The notes under the pieces are model-generated. The model saw nothing but the letters and a program-made list of their open reading frames with translations. It was not told the origin of the DNA and searched no databases. From the NCBI GenBank assembly GCA_034530615.2, contig JAVRCV020000061.1:1-64000 (forward strand): 64,000 nucleotides of DNA. The letters run 5' to 3'. Each line of letters opens with the position of its first letter. The first letter of the stretch is position 1. This document shows, piece by piece, positions 58,434-64,000 of the stretch. Source of the DNA: Aulosira sp. ZfuVER01. GTDB lineage: Bacteria > Cyanobacteriota > Cyanobacteriia > Cyanobacteriales > Nostocaceae. The translations under genes and the position numbers were made by a program.

Positions 58434-59696
58434 ATGAAACTTAAATCTATAAATACAGCAGTAGCCTTAGCTTTGATTAGTGTAGGTTTGTCACAAACTG
58501 CCTATAGTAAAACTCCTAGTACAAATAATGCGCAACTAACACAAGAAGTTGCGGTAATGCGATCGCAGGGGACACGCGGTTTAGAAAAATTTCTTAATAC
58601 TCATGCCCAGGAACTGAAAAACCCTTCGCCACAGATGCGCGAAGCCTTAGATAAGCTTTGCCAACAACGGGATTGTTACGCTTCTAAACTTTATTGGTAC
58701 ACCGATTTAGAACAAGCTAAAGCAGCTGCTAAAGCTAGTAATAAACCCATCCTCTCACTCCGGTTGTTGGGTAATCTAGATCAAGATTTAAGTTGTGCCA
58801 ATAGCCGCTTTTTCCGGGTGTCTTTATATCCCAATGCAGAAATTTCTCAATTCCTGCGCGATCGCTACATTCTACACTGGCAATCTGTACGTCCAGTACC
58901 CAAAGTTACCGTAGATTTTGGCGACGGACGCAAGCTAGAACGCACCCTTACAGGTAATAGCATTCACTACATCCTAGATAGTACTGGTGAGCCAGTCGAT
59001 GCAATTCCTGGCTTATACGGGCCACAAGCTTTCTTACGTCAGTTAGTTGCTGGAGAGAAAGCAGTTAAAGAATATAGCAATTCACGAGGTGTAGTACGTG
59101 CTGGCTTTTTGCGTGACTACCACCGTCAACAATTAGCTTCTACTCAACGCCAATGGGGAGCAGATTTAGCAAAACTCGGTATCAAAAACCTCCCTCGCCT
59201 TGTGGAAATGCCTAATGAGAATGAAACACCCAGCGCTAGCGTAGCTGGTACCCTAGCTGTCAGTAAGATGCGAGTTGAATCTCCCTTACTGCGAAACATC
59301 ACTTCTGCTACGAATAATCAAACAGCACTGCAAGACATTACTGATTCAGCAACATGGCAACGAATTGCCCAACTCTATACCAAAGATGCAAAGTTAGATA
59401 ATAACAGTATTTCATTAATACGTAACAAACGCTTTCAAGAAAGCAATGCTAATAATTTAAACCGTGTTGTTGGCAATTTTGAAGCAGCAATGGCATTAGA
59501 TTCTGTCAGAAATGAATATACATTGCACAGCCAAATTCATCAGTGGTTTATGCAGGGTAATGCAACCGATGATGTCAGCAAGTTAAATGAAAAAGTCTAC
59601 AGCGAATTGTTTTTAACTCCTAATTCAGATCCTTGGTTGGGGCTGATGAGTAGTGAAAGTTACAGTGCTATTGATAATGATGGAATTCGCAAGTAA
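58434..59696 (+). CDS. Secreted hypothetical protein with a thioredoxin-like, selenoprotein-N-like segment
   Basis: Signal peptide; WYTDLEQAKAAAKASNKPIL and LLGNLDQDLSCANSRFFR. Confidence 0.6.
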   Translation: MKLKSINTAVALALISVGLSQTAYSKTPSTNNAQLTQEVAVMRSQGTRGLEKFLNTHAQELKNPSPQMREALDKLCQQRDCYASKLYWYTDLEQAKAAAKASNKPILSLRLLGNLDQDLSCANSRFFRVSLYPNAEISQFLRDRYILHWQSVRPVPKVTVDFGDGRKLERTLTGNSIHYILDSTGEPVDAIPGLYGPQAFLRQLVAGEKAVKEYSNSRGVVRAGFLRDYHRQQLASTQRQWGADLAKLGIKNLPRLVEMPNENETPSASVAGTLAVSKMRVESPLLRNITSATNNQTALQDITDSATWQRIAQLYTKDAKLDNNSISLIRNKRFQESNANNLNRVVGNFEAAMALDSVRNEYTLHSQIHQWFMQGNATDDVSKLNEKVYSELFLTPNSDPWLGLMSSESYSAIDNDGIRK

Positions 59697-59793
59697 TTAA
59701 ACCGTTGGGTGTGGGGCAAAAGTAACAATTCCGCCTCGCTCTAATGCCCATATTCAACAACAGGGTAACTCTAAAGCACTGCCAGATCCAATG

Positions 59794-59825
59794 AAAAACT
59801 CCACCTACAAGGGGATGGAGTTTTT
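59794..59825. terminator. Putative bidirectional terminator
   Basis: aaaaactcca...tggagttttt between convergent genes. Confidence 0.55.
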
Positions 59826-59901
59826 GGGCATGGGGAATGGGGCATAGGAAAGAGTCACCAATACCCTTATGCAACAAAGCTCCCTACCTCTACGGCGCGA
59901 A

Positions 59902-61143
59902 TTACTCTTGCTTCCGTCCCTTCGGGGTGAGTGCCCCTTCCTTAAACAGATCCGAGAGGTCGTTGGTGTTCGGTGAGTTTGCATCACCCAAAAAACCGCC
60001 GCCTGGTGCGTATACATCGAAGAGTTCTTCCCAGCTCTTCAGGTCGGACGAGTGGGTGTAATTCAAAGTACTATTATAGGCGTTGCCTTTGGCTAGAGGT
60101 GAGATTACGATTTCCTCCACGGTGTGGCTGAAGTCGTTCTGGTTAGTACCTTCAGTCTCATCCCACCAGATCACGATCGCGCCATCATCTTTGTAAGCAG
60201 CTGAAGACATGATCGTCGGAACGATCTTGGAAAGAAAGTTGTCACCCTGTGCAATTGCGGCTAGATCGCCTGTGTAATGCACGCCATTATAGTCAAAGCC
60301 AGCAGACAACGCAGTGTGTGAATCGTTGTATTGGTCTGGTGTAATCAGGGTGTAACTGGCAACCTTATTATGAGCTAGGTCGTCCTCTAATTGTTGCAAT
60401 GGTGCATATTTACTGGCTAGAGGGTTTGCTGGTGTTGGATCGTTACCGCCGTTGCTGTCAGTGAAAAACAGATGACCGTCGTGTTTGGCAGCGAAATTAT
60501 ATTGATGGCTACCGTTGTAGGGGTTAGTGTAATCAGGTGATGTACCACTAAAGCTGCTCAGAGGGACAGTCCACTGGTTTTGAGGTAGAACCGTGCTGGT
60601 AAGCTGACCACTGGCATTTTTTGCCAGGTCAATGTCTTCTTGGTAGGATTTCCAAGAGATCCCAGCTTGATCGAGTAAAGCACTCAGATGGAGTTTAGTG
60701 TTCTGATTAGTGCCGCCTGGAACTTTGAAAGGATCGTTATCGTTCAACACGCCGAAGTTAGAGCCGGCTTCCTGCCAAATATAGTTTGGCTCGGATGGGT
60801 GGATGCTCGGGTTATTGCCGGATGGTGTAGCTAGGACATTATGGTAAGCAGTAGCGTAGGAGACATGAGCAGCATTCGGATTTCCGGGGGTGATGAGGCT
60901 GTTCTGATACGGGGCTGCGGGATTGTTGAATATTTGGTTGGGTGCCTTTGTGTCGCTGATTGGTTGCGTGAAGTTGTGGTTTTCCATATCTATGATGAAG
61001 ATATGTTTGAGCCTTCTGCCCTTTTCGACTCTTACGCCGTTTTCGACCCCTTCAATGTTTTGCGCTATTACCGCTTGTACGCTGAGGAGGCTCCCAGCCG
61101 CAAACGCAACGGAAAGAATCGCCCACTTAAATAACTGTTGCAT
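59902..61143 (-). CDS. Secreted phosphoesterase (acid phosphatase/phospholipase C-like family)
   Basis: Signal peptide; HIFIIDMENH, HPSEPNYI, WKSYQE, TPDQYNDSH, IWWDE, YTHSS. Confidence 0.85.
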   Translation of the reverse strand: MQQLFKWAILSVAFAAGSLLSVQAVIAQNIEGVENGVRVEKGRRLKHIFIIDMENHNFTQPISDTKAPNQIFNNPAAPYQNSLITPGNPNAAHVSYATAYHNVLATPSGNNPSIHPSEPNYIWQEAGSNFGVLNDNDPFKVPGGTNQNTKLHLSALLDQAGISWKSYQEDIDLAKNASGQLTSTVLPQNQWTVPLSSFSGTSPDYTNPYNGSHQYNFAAKHDGHLFFTDSNGGNDPTPANPLASKYAPLQQLEDDLAHNKVASYTLITPDQYNDSHTALSAGFDYNGVHYTGDLAAIAQGDNFLSKIVPTIMSSAAYKDDGAIVIWWDETEGTNQNDFSHTVEEIVISPLAKGNAYNSTLNYTHSSDLKSWEELFDVYAPGGGFLGDANSPNTNDLSDLFKEGALTPKGRKQE

Positions 61144-61188
61144 TGATTTTTAAAAAATGATTGTCAGTACCCCAAACAATACTGATAT

Positions 61189-61231
61189 AGGTTTAAGCAC
61201 TAACTATTAAAGCTTTAAGGAAATGTTAACT
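61189..61231 (-). promoter_or_regulatory. Candidate Pho box (SphR-type) upstream of the phosphoesterase
   Basis: On the - strand, TTAA cores in 11-bp phase (gttaacat, cttaaagc, one degenerate unit, cttaaacc), followed by a TATTGT -10-like hexamer. Confidence 0.4.
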
Positions 61232-61255
61232 GGTAGTAACGTGCAATCAAGACCT

Positions 61256-61362
61256 TATACCAATTCACGAAAACCCTGATACATATAGATTCTTTATGAG
61301 GGCACAGCAATGCTGTGCCCCTACCCTCAGATTTGTATCATTATTAAAGTGAAATGGTATTA
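61256..61362. mobile_element. MITE-like element containing a REP-like hairpin
   Basis: ataccaattcac...gtgaaatggtat inverted ends; internal gggcacagcaatgctgtgcccctac. Confidence 0.6.
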
Positions 61363-61376
61363 GAGGATGTTTGAAA

Positions 61377-61672
61377 CCCACATTCCGCAGATATTAACGC
61401 AGATTTAATAATTATGAAATTGGATAAACTCAAGCCTGGAATGATTTTCTGGCAATCATTCCAGGCTTTTTCCTATAAGATAATAAGGCTGTAAGCGGAG
61501 AGAAACCATGAATGAGGGACTAGAAGCAATAAAAGTCCTAGATATAGACCATTTGGGAATGGTAGCAGGAATAATAGACGAGATAGAATTGATAGAAGAA
61601 GTAAATAAAAAAGTAGGAATAAAAGTTAAGGAAACTTCATTGATAATCAAGAGAAGAAATATCGCCAAATAG
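61377..61672 (+). pseudogene. IS1634-family transposase 5' remnant (DUF4277-like N-terminus) with probable left end
   Basis: ORF 61508-61672 MNEGLEAIKVLDIDHLGMVAGIIDEIELIEEVN stops after 54 aa; cccacattccgcag end-like motif at 61377. Confidence 0.75.
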
Positions 61673-61755
61673 AGTTAGAGTAGGCAATGCTATCTCTACA
61701 ATTGCCTACTAATATTCCACCCAATAGTAGAAATGGAGTGATATTTTAGGAAAAA

Positions 61756-62364
61756 CTAACTTGCAGCTAAATTACCCCAACCTACATAGGGTAGTTTTGC
61801 CGCAGTTTCCCGGACTTTATCAGCATTAGCTACTAACTGACCGCAAGCATCCCAAGTTCCAGAAATAAAAGTGCTTCTCGTACCCTCACCAATAGAGATG
61901 GGGGTAGTGTAATCACCGATTTGTACTTGCAAAGTTTCCAGATTTACGGTCACAGATGTTTGTGGATTGGTAGCTACTAGTTCTTGCAGCTTTTTGATGG
62001 TAGCGCTATCAGCAGTCACACAAGGAATACCCATCGCTACGCAGTTACCAAAAAAAATTTCGGCAAAGCTTTCACCAATTAAGGCTTTAATGCCCCATTT
62101 AGCTAGTGCTTGGGGTGCGTGTTCCCGTGATGAACCACAGCCAAAGTTGCGGTTAACTATTAAGATATTCGCCCCTTGATATTGTGGTTGGTCAAAGGGA
62201 TGCTGTCCTTTGAGTGCTGTGCGATCGTCAATAAAAGCACCTTCACCTAATCCATCAAATGTAATGGCTTTTAAATAGCGGGCGGGGATGATGCGATCGG
62301 TATCTATATCATCACCTACTAAAGGTACGCCGCGCCCGGAGACTGTTTTAACTTCACTGACCAT
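61756..62364 (-). CDS. leuD: 3-isopropylmalate dehydratase small subunit
   Basis: [34 protein letters not shown]. Confidence 0.97.
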   Translation of the reverse strand: MVSEVKTVSGRGVPLVGDDIDTDRIIPARYLKAITFDGLGEGAFIDDRTALKGQHPFDQPQYQGANILIVNRNFGCGSSREHAPQALAKWGIKALIGESFAEIFFGNCVAMGIPCVTADSATIKKLQELVATNPQTSVTVNLETLQVQIGDYTTPISIGEGTRSTFISGTWDACGQLVANADKVRETAAKLPYVGWGNLAAS

Positions 62365-62442
62365 AAATTTAGTAAAAAACGAACCGCGAAGGACACAAAG
62401 AACACAAAGAAATCAGAAGATTTGGAGAGAGTTTTGTTTTTA

Positions 62443-62522
62443 GTAGGGTGTGTTATGCCGCAGGCTAACGCACCATCCGAGATTTTCGTTGCGTTAGGAC
62501 TAATGTCCATAACGCACCCGAC
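62443..62522. repeat. REP-like palindromic element, same family as 78-162
   Basis: gtagggtgtgttatgccgcaggctaacgcaccat ... tgcgttag...ataacgcacccgac. Confidence 0.75.
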
Positions 62523-62538
62523 TAATTCATTCAATTAA

Positions 62539-63942
62539 CTACAGTAAATCGCGCACATCAGCGACTTCACCTTTAATTGCCGCAGTCGCCACCATCGCCG
62601 GACTCATCAGTAGCGTGCGACCAGAAGCTGAACCTTGCCTACCTTTAAAGTTGCGGTTGGAAGACGAGGCGCTGATTTGTCTTCCCTGTAGTTTGTCTGG
62701 GTTCATAGCTAAACACATAGAACATCCTGGTTCGCGCCATTCAAACCCAGCTGCTTGGAAGATTTTGTCTAATCCTTCGGCTTCGGCTTCTTTTTTCACT
62801 CTTTCGGAACCAGGGACGACAAAGGCTTTGACACCTGATGCTACATGGCGACCTTGGGCAATTTTCGCAGCTTCCCGCAAATCGCTGATTCTACCGTTGG
62901 TGCAGCTGCCAATAAAGCAAACATCTACTTTTGTACCTTTGATTGGTTGACCGGGAAACAAATCCATGTAATTGTAAGCTTCTTCAGCTACAAATCGGTC
63001 TTCTTCGGGCAGTTCGTCGGGCTTGGGTATGAGTTGGTTAACACCAATACCTTGACCGGGAGTAATTCCCCAGGTAACTGTGGGAGGAATTTCCGCAGCG
63101 TCAAATACTACTACATCGTCGTATTCAGCATCAGTATCACTCTTAATGGATTCCCACCAAGCTACAGCTTTGTCCCAATCTGCACCCTTGGGTGCGAAGT
63201 CTCTATCTTTGAGGTAGTCGTAGGTGACTCGATCGGGGTTGACGTAGCCGCAACGGGCCCCACCTTCGATCGCCATGTTGCAGACAGTCATCCTTTCTTC
63301 CATGTTCATTTGCTCAAAGGTTGTACCTGCGTATTCGTAGGCGTAACCTACCCCACCTTTAACGCCCAAGGTACGGATGATATGCAGGATGACATCTTTG
63401 GCGTAGACACCAGGGTTGAGGGTGCCATTGACTTCGATTTTGCGGACTTTTAATTTTGAGAGGGCAAGAGTTTGAGAAGCTAGAACATCGCGTACTTGGC
63501 TAGTACCAATACCAAATGCGATCGCCCCAAATGCACCATGACTAGAAGTATGACTATCACCGCAAGCGATCGTCATTCCTGGCTGGGTAAGTCCTTGTTC
63601 TGGAGCGATGACGTGGACAATACCTTGACTGCCAGAACCAATGTTATAAAATGTAATACCATTTTCTTTACAGTTCTGCTCTAGCGCCTGGATCATTTCC
63701 TCTGCCATAGTATCGACAAAAGGACGTGCCTGATTATCTGTAGGTACAATATGATCTACCGTAGCGATCGTGCGCTGAGGAAACAGTACCTTTAAACCTC
63801 GTTCCCGTAACATCGCAAAGGCCTGGGGACTGGTGACTTCATGGATGAGGTGAAGCCCGATAAATAGTTGCGTTAGTCCTGATGGAAGTGTCCCAACCGT
63901 GTGTAAGTCCCAAACTTTATCGAACAGGGTGCCTTTGCTCAT
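62539..63942 (-). CDS. leuC: 3-isopropylmalate dehydratase large subunit
   Basis: [41 protein letters not shown]. Confidence 0.97.
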   Translation of the reverse strand: MSKGTLFDKVWDLHTVGTLPSGLTQLFIGLHLIHEVTSPQAFAMLRERGLKVLFPQRTIATVDHIVPTDNQARPFVDTMAEEMIQALEQNCKENGITFYNIGSGSQGIVHVIAPEQGLTQPGMTIACGDSHTSSHGAFGAIAFGIGTSQVRDVLASQTLALSKLKVRKIEVNGTLNPGVYAKDVILHIIRTLGVKGGVGYAYEYAGTTFEQMNMEERMTVCNMAIEGGARCGYVNPDRVTYDYLKDRDFAPKGADWDKAVAWWESIKSDTDAEYDDVVVFDAAEIPPTVTWGITPGQGIGVNQLIPKPDELPEEDRFVAEEAYNYMDLFPGQPIKGTKVDVCFIGSCTNGRISDLREAAKIAQGRHVASGVKAFVVPGSERVKKEAEAEGLDKIFQAAGFEWREPGCSMCLAMNPDKLQGRQISASSSNRNFKGRQGSASGRTLLMSPAMVATAAIKGEVADVRDLL

Positions 63943-64000
63943 ACATCAATCGTTATTTAACGAGTCAGAGTTTTTATAGTATCAAAAAATTGTCAGGCTT

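Noticed and set aside
62845..63453. 202-aa ORF on +
   Set aside because: Antisense shadow of leuC.
1..64000. tRNA, rRNA, integrase or prophage genes
   Set aside because: None recognised by eye in intergenic regions or in the ORF track.

Overview
AT-rich chromosomal window from a filamentous, most likely heterocyst-forming cyanobacterium (Nostocales-like). Support for this: many HIP1 octamers (GCGATCGC), heptamer STRR tracts, GTAG-ended REP-like palindromes, the pipX-pipY-sepF-proC cluster and a HetZ-related domain. Housekeeping blocks: Ski2-like helicase, proC, sepF, pipY, pipX, pabB-like, ecfT, der, plsY, mlaE, sppA, aroH, ndhD, ycf23, fetB, leuC/leuD. Accessory loci between them: (1) a translationally coupled P-loop ATPase plus TPR protein whose C-terminus is an apparently complete HetZ-related domain, preceded by a 13-unit 21-nt tandem array; (2) an ArsC-like reductase coupled to a PAS-PAS histidine kinase; (3) a signal-peptide CHAT protease paired with a putative outer-membrane beta-barrel; (4) a probable defence cluster (NB-ARC-WD40 NLR-like protein, PARIS-like ABC-ATPase/TOPRIM pair, divergent Ser/Thr kinase-WD40); (5) a copM/copBAC-like metal efflux cluster with CopR-type boxes, whose response regulator/kinase pair is split at its junction by an antisense Zn-finger/HTH/nuclease gene; (6) MITEs, an IS1634-like remnant and several unrelated 21-nt-period arrays. 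No rRNA, tRNA or CRISPR array was seen. All family assignments come from motif recognition by eye, not from database searches.
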